From NCBI GenBank assembly GCA_043826565.1, contig JBDRPX010000019.1, positions 5,369-69,368 of the forward strand: a stretch of DNA of 64,000 nt, read 5' to 3'. The notes beneath the pieces were generated by a model. That model saw only the letters and a list, made by a program, of their open reading frames with translations. It searched no databases and was not told the origin of the DNA. Below are positions 9,904 through 19,153 of this stretch, in pieces; within the stretch, counting starts at the first letter, position 1; every line of letters starts with the position of its first letter. The translations under genes and the position numbers were made by a program. This stretch comes from Candidatus Omnitrophota bacterium (lineage in GTDB: Bacteria > Omnitrophota > Gorgyraeia > B26-G9).

Positions 9904-10824
9904 GTGAAAAAAAAGTTTAAATCAGGGTATGTGGCTTTTCTTGGTAAGCCTAATGTCGGCAAATCAACGCTTTTGAACCATTTTTTAAAAGAAAAGCTTT
10001 GCATAATATCTCCCAAGCCTCAGACGACCCGGGACAGTATTCAGGGAATACTCTCAGAACCCGGATATCAGATCATTTTTGTCGATACTCCGGGTATACA
10101 CCAGCCTAAAACCGCGCTGGGAAAGCATATGAATGATTTGGCCCAGGACGCGGGTATTGACGCGGATGTGATGATCTTAATTGTCGATGCCTCAACCGGC
10201 ATAACCTATGAGGACCGGCAGATATTTAACTGGTTAAAGTCAAAGTATAAAGCCATTGAAAATAAAAGAGTTATGATTTTGATTAATAAGATTGACCTTA
10301 TTGAAAAGAACGAAGTTTTGCCGATAATTGCCAAATGCCAGAGAGAATTAGCCCAGATCAAGATAAGTGATTATATCCCGGTTTCCGCAATAGACGGAGA
10401 TAATCTTGACCTGATATTCGGGAAAATGCTGGAATATTTGCCTTTTGGCCCGGTTTATTACCCCGAAGACCAGCTTACCGATAAAAATGAGCGGTATGTG
10501 GTCGCGGAATTGATCCGGGAGCAGGTATTGGGCTGCTGCCGGGAAGAAGTTCCTCATTCTGTGGCTGTTCTGGTGCAGGCCATGCAGGATAATCCCGGGC
10601 GTAAGACCTTGATCCAGGCCACAGTGTATGTCGAGAAAAAAACCCAGAAAGGTATTATAATCGGAGAAAAAGGCCAAATGCTTAAAACCATCGGCAGTTT
10701 GGCCCGGGAGCAGATCGAGGGATTTTTGGGCCGAAAAGTATATCTTGAGCTTTGGGTTAGGGTGCAGGATAATTGGCGTAAGGACGAGGCTTTCTTAAAA
10801 AAGCTGGGTTACGGAGATAAATAG
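9904..10824 (+). CDS. era: GTPase Era
   Basis: GKPNVGKST, PQTTR, DTPG, NKID, EVPHSVAV, KH domain GIIIGEKG. Confidence 0.97.
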   Translation: MKKKFKSGYVAFLGKPNVGKSTLLNHFLKEKLCIISPKPQTTRDSIQGILSEPGYQIIFVDTPGIHQPKTALGKHMNDLAQDAGIDADVMILIVDASTGITYEDRQIFNWLKSKYKAIENKRVMILINKIDLIEKNEVLPIIAKCQRELAQIKISDYIPVSAIDGDNLDLIFGKMLEYLPFGPVYYPEDQLTDKNERYVVAELIREQVLGCCREEVPHSVAVLVQAMQDNPGRKTLIQATVYVEKKTQKGIIIGEKGQMLKTIGSLAREQIEGFLGRKVYLELWVRVQDNWRKDEAFLKKLGYGDK

Positions 10825-10920
10825 TCAAAGCCTCATGTCTCAAGCCGCAAGTCTCAAGTTAAGAAGAATACAGAAGGCAGAAAACAGAGGACAGATAGAA
10901 AACTAGAAGATAAAAGCAAA
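10825..10920. repeat. Heptamer-periodic arrays (AGTCTCA-type and ACAGAAG-type)
   Basis: CATGTCTCAAGCCGCAAGTCTCAAG and ACAGAAGGCAGAAAACAGAGGACAGA. Confidence 0.7.
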
Positions 10921-11064
10921 ACAGATGCTCGACAACTGATCCCATATCTGAAGGGCAAACGCGCCGCTCAAACCTCAAGGGTTCCACGAGCATAGCGAAG
11001 TGCAAGAGAATTTCTGATCTTTCTAATTTAAAGTTTATATATGGACGAAGATTTGAAATTCTTA

Positions 11065-11092
11065 TTGACATTACATTTTGGTATAGTATAAT
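11065..11092 (+). promoter_or_regulatory. Sigma70-type promoter
   Basis: TTGACA-N16-TATAAT. Confidence 0.7.
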
Positions 11093-11223
11093 AAGCATCA
11101 GGGAAGAAAACTGGTAAAATTGTATAATTTTGCCGGGCTAAGGGGGCGGGAAAATATGTTGATTTCAGACGATAACACCATCCAGCTAGCCTCTTAATAA
11201 AAAGATTTCCCCATAAAATATTA

Positions 11224-11252
11224 TTGACAAGAAAAGCGGTTTATGCTAGTCT
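11224..11252 (+). promoter_or_regulatory. Sigma70-type promoter of the major OMP gene
   Basis: TTGACA-N17-TAGTCT with an extended -10 TG. Confidence 0.55.
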
Positions 11253-11503
11253 GGTCATAGTATAAAATTCACAAAGATTTTGCAATTGTGAATAGGTGAT
11301 TTGATATATTCATCATAAATAACTTCAAATCCGGCACAAAAGGAGGTGGTGGAAAAGATTGCCAGAGGTTATGACAATTATGGTGATAATTGCAGTACAT
11401 AAAAAGGTAACTTCTGGGTAACTATAGGAACACTAATTTCTATAGCCCTGGTTTAAAGAATAAAGAGAAAATAGTTTTACAATTTACTAGGAGGTAAAAG
11501 ATT

Positions 11504-12811
11504 ATGAGACGTTTGTTAACAATAGTATGTGCCTTAAGCATAGTTGCTTTAATGGCAATGCCTGCGCTTGCTGAAGTGCAGAACATTAAGATAAGTGGTG
11601 GAATTGATATTAGAGCTATTGCCCGTGATAATATGGCTCCGTCAGATTCTGGTGCGGGAAGAGCATTAGGAACTTTCGCGGAAACAACAACACAGGACCT
11701 TTATAACAGCGTAGTTACTTTAAATGTTGACGCGGACCTTACAGACAATGTAGCTGCTCACATTGGATTATTCAATGAAAGAGATTGGGGAGTAACTGGT
11801 GCTGGTATTTGGTCAAATTCTGCATACATCACTTTAAAAGAAATGATGTATTCTCCGTTGACCGTAGTTGCCGGTAGAACTTCTGTTGTTATTGCTGACG
11901 GATTAGTAGTTGGTGATGGAGTTACCAATGAAAATACTGGTGGTTTATTGGCCGCAGCAGAGCTTTCTCCGCAGAATGAATTTGACACAATTCACGCGAT
12001 TTTGGATTATGATCCATTAACATTGATCATCGGAACTTTAAAGCTTGCTGAAGGTTTAGCCGGTACATTTGGTGACGATATTGATGGATACTTAGTTGAT
12101 GGTATTTACAAATTCGAAGATTACAATGCTGTATTAGATACTTATTTAGTTGCTGCTCATTATGCTTCTCCGGGAGTTGGTTTAACCGGGCCTGATGGCA
12201 CCAGTAATAAAACTTGTGATGTTTATGCATTAGCTACCAGATTGACCATGGAACCAACAGAAGGCTTAATGCTTGATGCCGGTATTGCTATTCAGAGTGG
12301 TGACTATATGACCTCAAGAACTGTTGGTGTTGCCGACAGAGGTCTTGATGCCATGGCGTTCAATGTTGGCTTAGACTATGCTGTTGACGCGGAATATTCT
12401 CCAAAAGTTGGTGTGAAATACATCTATCGTTCTGGAGATAGTGGAGATGGCGTTGGCGATTTCGAAGGATGGTTACCGTTGGCCGAAGGCCAGGTGCTGA
12501 GTGTTATTGTTGATCCAAATACCAATACCAATTCTTTTAATTTGAATGCCAGCATTGTTCCGGCAGACAGATTGACTCTTGGCGTTGATGTATGGTTCTT
12601 CAACTTAGCAAAAGCATTAGCTACTCAGACAGCAGCAATGTCAACAAAGAAAGATGTTGGTACAGAAATTGACCTTGCTCTGAAGTATGCTTATACAGAA
12701 GATGTTAGCATGGGTTTAACTTTAGCTTATTTCATGCCTGGCGATTATTACAGAAACGGGTTTGATAAGACAGCAACAGAAATTATTGGTTCTGTAGGCG
12801 TAAAGTTCTAA
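11504..12811 (+). CDS. Outer-membrane beta-barrel protein (alginate-export/porin-like), probably highly expressed
   Basis: Sec signal (ALA-E), alternating amphipathic strands, DVGTEIDL, AYFMPG, C-terminal VGVKF BAM signal, strong SD, T-ending codon bias, own terminator. Confidence 0.8.
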   Translation: MRRLLTIVCALSIVALMAMPALAEVQNIKISGGIDIRAIARDNMAPSDSGAGRALGTFAETTTQDLYNSVVTLNVDADLTDNVAAHIGLFNERDWGVTGAGIWSNSAYITLKEMMYSPLTVVAGRTSVVIADGLVVGDGVTNENTGGLLAAAELSPQNEFDTIHAILDYDPLTLIIGTLKLAEGLAGTFGDDIDGYLVDGIYKFEDYNAVLDTYLVAAHYASPGVGLTGPDGTSNKTCDVYALATRLTMEPTEGLMLDAGIAIQSGDYMTSRTVGVADRGLDAMAFNVGLDYAVDAEYSPKVGVKYIYRSGDSGDGVGDFEGWLPLAEGQVLSVIVDPNTNTNSFNLNASIVPADRLTLGVDVWFFNLAKALATQTAAMSTKKDVGTEIDLALKYAYTEDVSMGLTLAYFMPGDYYRNGFDKTATEIIGSVGVKF

Positions 12812-12827
12812 TCAAGTCTTAAGCGTT

Positions 12828-12869
12828 AAAAAAGCCCTTACCCTTTTTGGGTAAGGGCTTTTCTTTTTT
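12828..12869 (+). terminator. Rho-independent terminator
   Basis: AAAAAAGCCCTTACCC-TTTTT-GGGTAAGGGCTTTTCTTTTTT. Confidence 0.9.
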
Positions 12870-12870
12870 C

Positions 12871-12980
12871 TAGGGACTTTTGCAAAACGTCCATCTGCGG
12901 CGTTTTCTCCTCATTCGCTTGTGCGACGTCCTAGGAGAAGGACGCCTCCGCACTCATTCGTCAAGGCCTTGCATCTGTAA
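12871..12980. mobile_element. MITE-like palindromic element related to 46162-46343
   Basis: Shared skeleton CA(T/A)CTGCnnCGTT...CGACGTnC...GnACGCCT...GCCTTGCAT(C/T)TG. Confidence 0.6.
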
Positions 12981-13006
12981 TCAGGGACTGTTGTTCCATT
13001 TTCTAC

Positions 13007-13035
13007 TTGACAGTTTAGGGTTTTTTTTGTAGTAT
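13007..13035 (+). promoter_or_regulatory. Putative promoter of the che operon
   Basis: TTGACA-N17-TAGTAT. Confidence 0.5.
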
Positions 13036-13141
13036 AGAATAAAACTGTAAATGTAGTTTTATCAGGTTGTTCAGTTAAATATCCTATGGGTTCCCGTGGG
13101 GGGGATTTAATTTATCCAATACATTATGGGGGTAATCGGAA

Positions 13142-13657
13142 ATGCCGGAAGAACACAGTGTTAAAGAAGAAGTTCAGATGGTAATATTCAGGATCCAGGA
13201 TGAGGAGTTCGGGGTAGAGATAAGCCAGGTAAAAGAAATTCTAAAACTCGTTCCCATAACGCGAATGCCTAAAGCTCCGGTATTTATTGAAGGAGTAATA
13301 AATTTAAGAGGGCAGATAATCACAGTTGTTGATCTGGCAAAAAGATTTGATCTGGATTCTCTGGGGAGAACGGAAACAACCCGGATAATGGTTGTGGAAG
13401 TCGGAGAGAATACCGTAGGGATGATTGTTGATTCGGTTTCGGAAGTTATCAGGCTTTCAGCGAATAATATTGAAAAAACTCCCGCTCTTATTCAAAGCGG
13501 AATTCATGAACGGTATTTAAGAGGGGTGGGGAAAATTGCCGACCGTTTGTTGATATTACTGGATTTAAATGAAGTTCTTAGTACCGAGGAGCTGCATAAT
13601 ATCAATAAGCATATTGAGTCGGCAAGCGAAATAACAGAAAAAGACGAGATAAGTTAA
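13142..13657 (+). CDS. cheW: Chemotaxis coupling protein CheW
   Basis: EEFGVEISQVKEI, IEGVINLRGQI, GMIVDSVSEV, LLILLDL. Confidence 0.95.
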   Translation: MPEEHSVKEEVQMVIFRIQDEEFGVEISQVKEILKLVPITRMPKAPVFIEGVINLRGQIITVVDLAKRFDLDSLGRTETTRIMVVEVGENTVGMIVDSVSEVIRLSANNIEKTPALIQSGIHERYLRGVGKIADRLLILLDLNEVLSTEELHNINKHIESASEITEKDEIS

Positions 13658-13680
13658 GCGGAAAGGAAGGAGCGTAGATT

Positions 13681-14055
13681 ATGGCAGTAAAAGTGCTGGT
13701 GGTTGACGATGCGGTTTTTATGCGCAAGATGATCGGAGATATTCTCAAAAAAGAGGGGTATGAGATCATCGGTGAGGCAGAAAACGGGCAGGAGGCAGTT
13801 GATAAATATGGAGAGCTTGCTCCTGATCTGGTGACCATGGATATCGTTATGCCTAAGGTAAACGACATGGATGGTATCGGAGCAGTGAAACAGATAATGG
13901 AAAAAGACGGCGAGGCCAAGATTCTTATGGTAAGTGCTATGGGTCAGCACGCGTTAGTTGTCGAAGCTATTCAGGCTGGGGCAAAAGATTTTGTTACTAA
14001 ACCTTTTCAGCCATCTCGTGTACTGGAAGCGGCAAAGAGAGTTTTAGAAAGCTGA
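13681..14055 (+). CDS. cheY: Chemotaxis response regulator CheY (Firmicutes/archaeal-like)
   Basis: VVDDAVFMR, TMDIVMP, VSAMGQ, GAKDFVTKPF; stand-alone receiver domain in the che cluster. Confidence 0.92.
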   Translation: MAVKVLVVDDAVFMRKMIGDILKKEGYEIIGEAENGQEAVDKYGELAPDLVTMDIVMPKVNDMDGIGAVKQIMEKDGEAKILMVSAMGQHALVVEAIQAGAKDFVTKPFQPSRVLEAAKRVLES

Positions 14056-14113
14056 GTAATAGATTAAGCAGTGTTTTGTTTTAAATTGATTTTTAAAACA
14101 GAGGCTTTGAAAT

Positions 14114-14734
14114 TTGCTAAAAAAAATAATTGTTTTAACTGCCCAGCAGGAGGATGTATTAAAAGAGCTGGGGAATATATGTGCGGGTAATGCTGCCACC
14201 GCACTTTCTCAATTACTTAATAAAAAAATTATAGTCAATATTCCACATGTGCATCTGGTGCGTATTAAAGAGGTGCCCGCAATTGTGGGCGGTCCCCAAA
14301 AAATAATGGCTGGGGTTGTTTCTCAGGTGTTTGGAGATGCGCAGGGAATTATACTTTTATTATTTCCGCAACAGAGTGCTCATGTTTTATCAGAAATGTT
14401 CCATGGCCGGCAGGATGAGAGAGGGATCTTTACAGAAACTGATCAGTGGGCAATAAGAGAGACGGGCAGTTTATTATCTGCGGTGTATCTCAATACGCTT
14501 ACCAAATTTACAAGATTAAATCTTATCCCATCTACCCCGGGAATCATAATTGATATGGCCGGTGCGCTTATAGATTATCTGCTTATTGAACTTTCAGCTG
14601 TTACAGAATATGCTTTATTAATTGATTCTGAATTTAATGATGCCGGAAGGCTTCTTCAGGGGCATTTTTTATTATTACCTAATGCCGGAAGCCTGGAAGC
14701 CATCTTGGATACAATAAAGGAATATAATGGATAA
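14114..14734 (+). CDS. cheC: CheC-family phosphatase
   Basis: LKELGNICAGNAATALS, DMAGALID. Confidence 0.88.
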   Translation: MLKKIIVLTAQQEDVLKELGNICAGNAATALSQLLNKKIIVNIPHVHLVRIKEVPAIVGGPQKIMAGVVSQVFGDAQGIILLLFPQQSAHVLSEMFHGRQDERGIFTETDQWAIRETGSLLSAVYLNTLTKFTRLNLIPSTPGIIIDMAGALIDYLLIELSAVTEYALLIDSEFNDAGRLLQGHFLLLPNAGSLEAILDTIKEYNG

Positions 14735-15215
14735 GCCAGAAATTCATATTGGAATCGCGGATATGAAGGTTGCCAAAGCTCCGGCGGTATTAACTTCTTT
14801 AGGTATTGGTTCATGTGTAGGAATTATATTATTTGATAAGCATTCCAAAATCGGCGGGATGGCTCATATCATGCTTCCCGATCAGGATATTGTTAGAAAT
14901 AAAACAAATCGTGCTAAATTCGCGAATACGGCAATCCCGGATATGGTCGAGGATATGGTTAAAAAAGGAGCGGACCGGAAATTTATTAAAGCTAAAATCA
15001 TGGGCGGGGCACATATGTTTAAGTTTTCCCGGGAAACCGCGATCTCCAATATTGGCAAACGGAATGTGGAAGAAGTAAAGAAAGTTTTAGGTGAAATGAA
15101 AATAAAAATTATTGCTGAAGATACCGGCAAGGATTACGGCCGTTCATTATTTTTTGATTTAGATACCGGAGAAGTTAAAATAAGAACTACAACTCATGGA
15201 GTAATGATATTATGA
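14727..15215 (+). CDS. cheD: Chemoreceptor glutamine deamidase CheD
   Basis: LGIGSCVG, GGMAHIMLP, KFAN, GGAHMF, IGKRN, EDTGKDYGR. Confidence 0.95.
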   Translation: MDKPEIHIGIADMKVAKAPAVLTSLGIGSCVGIILFDKHSKIGGMAHIMLPDQDIVRNKTNRAKFANTAIPDMVEDMVKKGADRKFIKAKIMGGAHMFKFSRETAISNIGKRNVEEVKKVLGEMKIKIIAEDTGKDYGRSLFFDLDTGEVKIRTTTHGVMIL

Positions 15216-16264
15216 TAAGAGCGCTGGTTGTTGATGATTCCGCATTAATGCGTAAGCGTATAAGTGATATTCTTAATTCCGATAAGGATATTGAAGTTAT
15301 TGATACCGCAAAAACCGGGGCTAGTGCTATGGAAAAAGTAGCGGCTTTGCGTCCGGATGTTGTGACTATGGATCTGGTAATGCCGGATGTGGATGGATTG
15401 ACAGCACTTAATTATATTATGCATGAAGTGCCGACTCCGGTGGTAGTTATCAGTGCCAACGCCTCTCCGAATAGCCGAAATGCTATAAGAGCTTTGAAAT
15501 TAGGCGCGGTTGATGTTATTGCTAAACCGGGAGGGGAGATATCGATTAATATCAGCATAATTGATCATCAAATTATCAATAAGGTAAAGGCGGCGAGTAA
15601 GGTTGATGTAAAGCATATCCAGTCAGTATTGCGCAAAATCGGCGGCAAAGGCCCTAATTTAGCCCGCAAACCGAAAGTAGGGGTTACCCAGGTTATTGCG
15701 ATCGGGGCTTCTACCGGAGGACCTAAAGCGATCAAGGAAATTTTACCGTATTTTGCCCCGGATATCCATGCGGCGTTTTTAATTGTCCAGCATATGCCGG
15801 CGGTTTTTACTAAAGCCATGGCGGAGCGTATTAATTCTGATTCTAAAATTGCCATAAAAGAAGCTGAGGATGGAGATGTTCTCTGTGATGGATGCGGATA
15901 TGTCGCGCCCGGCGGTTATCATATGGTAGTTGTAAAACACGGCGATGATATGTTAATTAGGCTTACAAAAGATCCGCCGGTGAACAGTGTTCGTCCGTCA
16001 ATTACGGTGATGATGAATTCCGCGGCTAAGGAATTTGGTGCAAAATGTACTGGTGTTTTATTAACCGGTATGGGCCAGGATGGTGTTGAGGGTATGAGGA
16101 GTATCCATGATGCCGGAGGAAAAACATTAGCGGAAGATGAATCTACTTGTGTGGTTTTCGGTATGCCGAAAGTAGCAATTAAAGAAGGTGTAGTTGATAA
16201 AGTTGTTCCATTACACCATATGGGCATTGAATTAATGAAGATTATCCGGGATAGGGGACTGTAA
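15212..16264 (+). CDS. cheB: Protein-glutamate methylesterase CheB
   Basis: Receiver domain plus GASTGGP, VQHMP, LTGMGQDG, VVFGMP. Confidence 0.96.
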   Translation: MIRALVVDDSALMRKRISDILNSDKDIEVIDTAKTGASAMEKVAALRPDVVTMDLVMPDVDGLTALNYIMHEVPTPVVVISANASPNSRNAIRALKLGAVDVIAKPGGEISINISIIDHQIINKVKAASKVDVKHIQSVLRKIGGKGPNLARKPKVGVTQVIAIGASTGGPKAIKEILPYFAPDIHAAFLIVQHMPAVFTKAMAERINSDSKIAIKEAEDGDVLCDGCGYVAPGGYHMVVVKHGDDMLIRLTKDPPVNSVRPSITVMMNSAAKEFGAKCTGVLLTGMGQDGVEGMRSIHDAGGKTLAEDESTCVVFGMPKVAIKEGVVDKVVPLHHMGIELMKIIRDRGL

Positions 16265-16266
16265 AT

Positions 16267-18285
16267 ATGAGTATGGAGCAGTATCGAACTTTATTTGTGG
16301 CTGAATCAGAAGAGCACTTGCAGTTTATCAGCAATGCGATACTGCGTCTGGAAAAAGATCCGGAAGATACGGAGACTTTAAATACGATCTTTCGCAGCGC
16401 GCATACATTAAAGGGTATGGCGGCAACAATGGGGTTTAAGAAGTTTACGGAATTGACCCATAAGATGGAAGATATGCTGGAAACATTCCGGACAGAAAAA
16501 ATCCCGGTTACTTCGGAAATGATCGATCGTTTGTTTAAATGTATGGATATGTTGGAGATGCTTTTAGAAGAGGTAAGATCCCGGAAAGATCTGAATCTGG
16601 ACGTAGATGTGCTTATTGCAGAACTGGAAACAATCTCTCCGGCATCAGTATCCGAAGAAAGCGCTGTAAAAAAAATAAAGAAGGCAAAACCAATAGCTCT
16701 GAGTAAGCTTGAAAAGCACAATTTATCCAATGTGATAAGTGCTCGGGGATTATCTGTCTATCAGATTGATGTTTGTCTGTCGGAAGATTGCCAATTAAAA
16801 TCAGTCCGTGTATATATGATATTTAATAAATTAGAAGAGTTTGGCGAGGTGGTTAAGTCGGTGCCGTCTCCGGAAGATTTAGAGCAGAACAGAGTTGACC
16901 GCATTGTTTCGTTATTGTTTTTAACAAAGACATCGAAAAAGAAAATTGAAGATATTTTAAGTATCATCTTAGAAATAGACAGCATTGAGTTCAAGGAAAT
17001 AACTGATATTGACAGCTTGCCGGAAGGGCAGACTATTGAATCGGCAAGGAATATTAATGAGGGAAAGACAAAAGAAGGAAAAGAACAATCCGGGGAAGCT
17101 GCCCGCCAGAGTACGGAAATACGAAAAATAAAGAATATCAGGATTAGTACTAAACGCCTTGATAAATTAATGAATCTGGTCGGAGAATTAGTTATTGCTA
17201 AAATCAGATTGATGCAGGTCGCTCAGATACAGAAAATTCAGTCTCTGCATGAAGTTTTAACGATTATTGACCGGCTTACCGGGGAATTGCAGGATGAGGT
17301 AATGCAGGCCCGATTAGTGCCGATTTCGCATGTATTTGACCGTTTTCCGCGGATGGTCAGGGACTTGGCTCGTAAAGAGAATAAACAGGTGTTTTTGGAG
17401 CTTTCCGGTGGAGAAATCGAATTAGATCGTACTATCCTCGATGAGATCGCTGATCCTTTAGTCCATCTTTTGCGTAATAGTGTGGATCATGGAATAGAAT
17501 TGCCTAAAGAAAGAAAAAACTATGGGAAAAATCCCAGCGGAACTATAAAATTGCGGGCGGAAAGGGAAAGAACCCATATTTTAATTGAGGTTTCTGATGA
17601 CGGAAAAGGAATAAATCCGGACATGTTGAGGCAGAAGGCATTAGAAAAAGGCTTTTTAACCGAGGAAGAGATAAATAAAAGCAGTGATAAAGATATATTG
17701 AAAGTAATAACTCTTCCCGGATTTAGTTCGGCAAATGTTGTTACCGATACGTCGGGACGCGGTGTCGGGATGGATGTCGTAAAAATGAAGATAGAATCAT
17801 TAGGCGGTTTTCTTTCTTTTGATTCTCAGCTTGGTGCCGGCAGTAAGTTTAGTTTAAGACTGCCGGTTTCGGTAGCGATTATCCGCGCTATGCTTGTCGA
17901 GGTCAGCGGGGAAATCTACGCGGCGCCGATCGCGAATATAGCCGAAACTGTAAAAGTAGCGCAAAGTCAGATAAAGCATATTGAAAAATTTGAAGTTATT
18001 AATTTAAGAGATGAGGTTCTTCCGCTGGTAAGGTTAAGCCAGGCTTTGGAAAGCCGCTTGGAGATAGAGCTTAAACCTAAAAAAAGTAAAGAAATTTCAA
18101 TTTTGGTTGTCGAAGGAAACGGGAAGAAAGCCGGATTGATTGTGGATAGATTTTTGGGACAGCAGGAAGTGGTTATTAAGTCTATAGGCAGTTTATTAAA
18201 AGGGATTAAAGGATTTTCCGGCGCAACGATATTAGGAGACGGACGCGTAGCGCTTATTTTAGATGTGGTAAGTATGGTCGGATGA
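16267..18285 (+). CDS. cheA: Chemotaxis histidine kinase CheA
   Basis: Hpt FRSAHTLKG, P2 domain, LMNLVGEL, RNSVDHGIE, SGRGVGMDVV, CheW-like C-terminus. Confidence 0.97.
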   Translation: MSMEQYRTLFVAESEEHLQFISNAILRLEKDPEDTETLNTIFRSAHTLKGMAATMGFKKFTELTHKMEDMLETFRTEKIPVTSEMIDRLFKCMDMLEMLLEEVRSRKDLNLDVDVLIAELETISPASVSEESAVKKIKKAKPIALSKLEKHNLSNVISARGLSVYQIDVCLSEDCQLKSVRVYMIFNKLEEFGEVVKSVPSPEDLEQNRVDRIVSLLFLTKTSKKKIEDILSIILEIDSIEFKEITDIDSLPEGQTIESARNINEGKTKEGKEQSGEAARQSTEIRKIKNIRISTKRLDKLMNLVGELVIAKIRLMQVAQIQKIQSLHEVLTIIDRLTGELQDEVMQARLVPISHVFDRFPRMVRDLARKENKQVFLELSGGEIELDRTILDEIADPLVHLLRNSVDHGIELPKERKNYGKNPSGTIKLRAERERTHILIEVSDDGKGINPDMLRQKALEKGFLTEEEINKSSDKDILKVITLPGFSSANVVTDTSGRGVGMDVVKMKIESLGGFLSFDSQLGAGSKFSLRLPVSVAIIRAMLVEVSGEIYAAPIANIAETVKVAQSQIKHIEKFEVINLRDEVLPLVRLSQALESRLEIELKPKKSKEISILVVEGNGKKAGLIVDRFLGQQEVVIKSIGSLLKGIKGFSGATILGDGRVALILDVVSMVG

Positions 18286-18319
18286 TATCGCAAGCAATAC
18301 TGTCCTAAGGAGGAAAAAT

Positions 18320-18916
18320 ATGGCAGACTTGAGTGATGCTCAACTCGATGCACTGAAAGAAATGGGGAATATTGGTTCCGGTAACGCGGCTACCGCACTT
18401 TCCCAATTAATATCTTCACAAATAGATATTAGTGTCCCTTCTGTAAACTTTTTGCCTTTAGAAAATGTGGCAGATGTTCTGGGAGGCCCGGAAAAAATTG
18501 TTTATGTTATTTATCTTGAAGTTATGAGCCGAATGAACGGAACAATGGTTACAATTATTACTCCGGAGAGTGCGGAATTTTTGGTCAGTAAACTTATTAC
18601 AAATGAGAAGCTGGATAAGGATTCCGAGTTATATCAATCGGCATTAAAAGAAGTAGGATCGATTCTCTGTGGTTCTTATTTAAGTGCTTTAAGTCAGGTT
18701 GTCGGTGAAACTTTTATTGCTTCAGTTCCGGCAATGGCCTGCGATATGATGGGCGCGCTTCTCGACTTTGTTCTCACTGAGATCGGCCAGGTTGCCGAGG
18801 AAGCTCTCTTGATAGAGACAGAGTTATTTGTTTCGGATACTAAGGTGGAATGCTCGCAATTGTTTCTTCCTAAGCCCGGCTCTCTGGAAACATTGCTCGC
18901 TGCAGTTGGCATGTAA
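18320..18916 (+). CDS. cheC: Second CheC-family phosphatase
   Basis: LKEMGNIGSGNAATALS, DMMGALLD. Confidence 0.88.
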   Translation: MADLSDAQLDALKEMGNIGSGNAATALSQLISSQIDISVPSVNFLPLENVADVLGGPEKIVYVIYLEVMSRMNGTMVTIITPESAEFLVSKLITNEKLDKDSELYQSALKEVGSILCGSYLSALSQVVGETFIASVPAMACDMMGALLDFVLTEIGQVAEEALLIETELFVSDTKVECSQLFLPKPGSLETLLAAVGM

Positions 18917-18924
18917 TTTGTTAA

Positions 18925-19095
18925 AAAGTTAAAATGCAAAAATCAAAACTCAAAAATACAAGTCAAAAATCAGAATTGATAAAAAATTATTATAAAGAAA
19001 TGATTTTTAAATATTTTATAACACATAATAATAGATTAATTAATGAGTTTTAAATTTTGAATTGCAATTTTGACTTTTGAATTTTAAGTTTTGAC
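18925..19095. repeat. Heptamer-periodic inverted array (TCAAAAn ... nTTTTGA)
   Basis: Left arm AAAATGCAAAAATCAAAACTCAAAA, right arm TTTTGACTTTTGAATTTTAAGTTTTGA. Confidence 0.85.
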
Positions 19096-19153
19096 ATAAG
19101 GTTGAATTTATTAAAAATATTGTTTAACATTAGATAGTTTCGGGAGATAGTTA

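Noticed and set aside
10940-11010. c-di-GMP-I riboswitch (GGGCAAAC)
   Set aside because: The GAAA tetraloop stem and the downstream GCAAAG/receptor elements are missing
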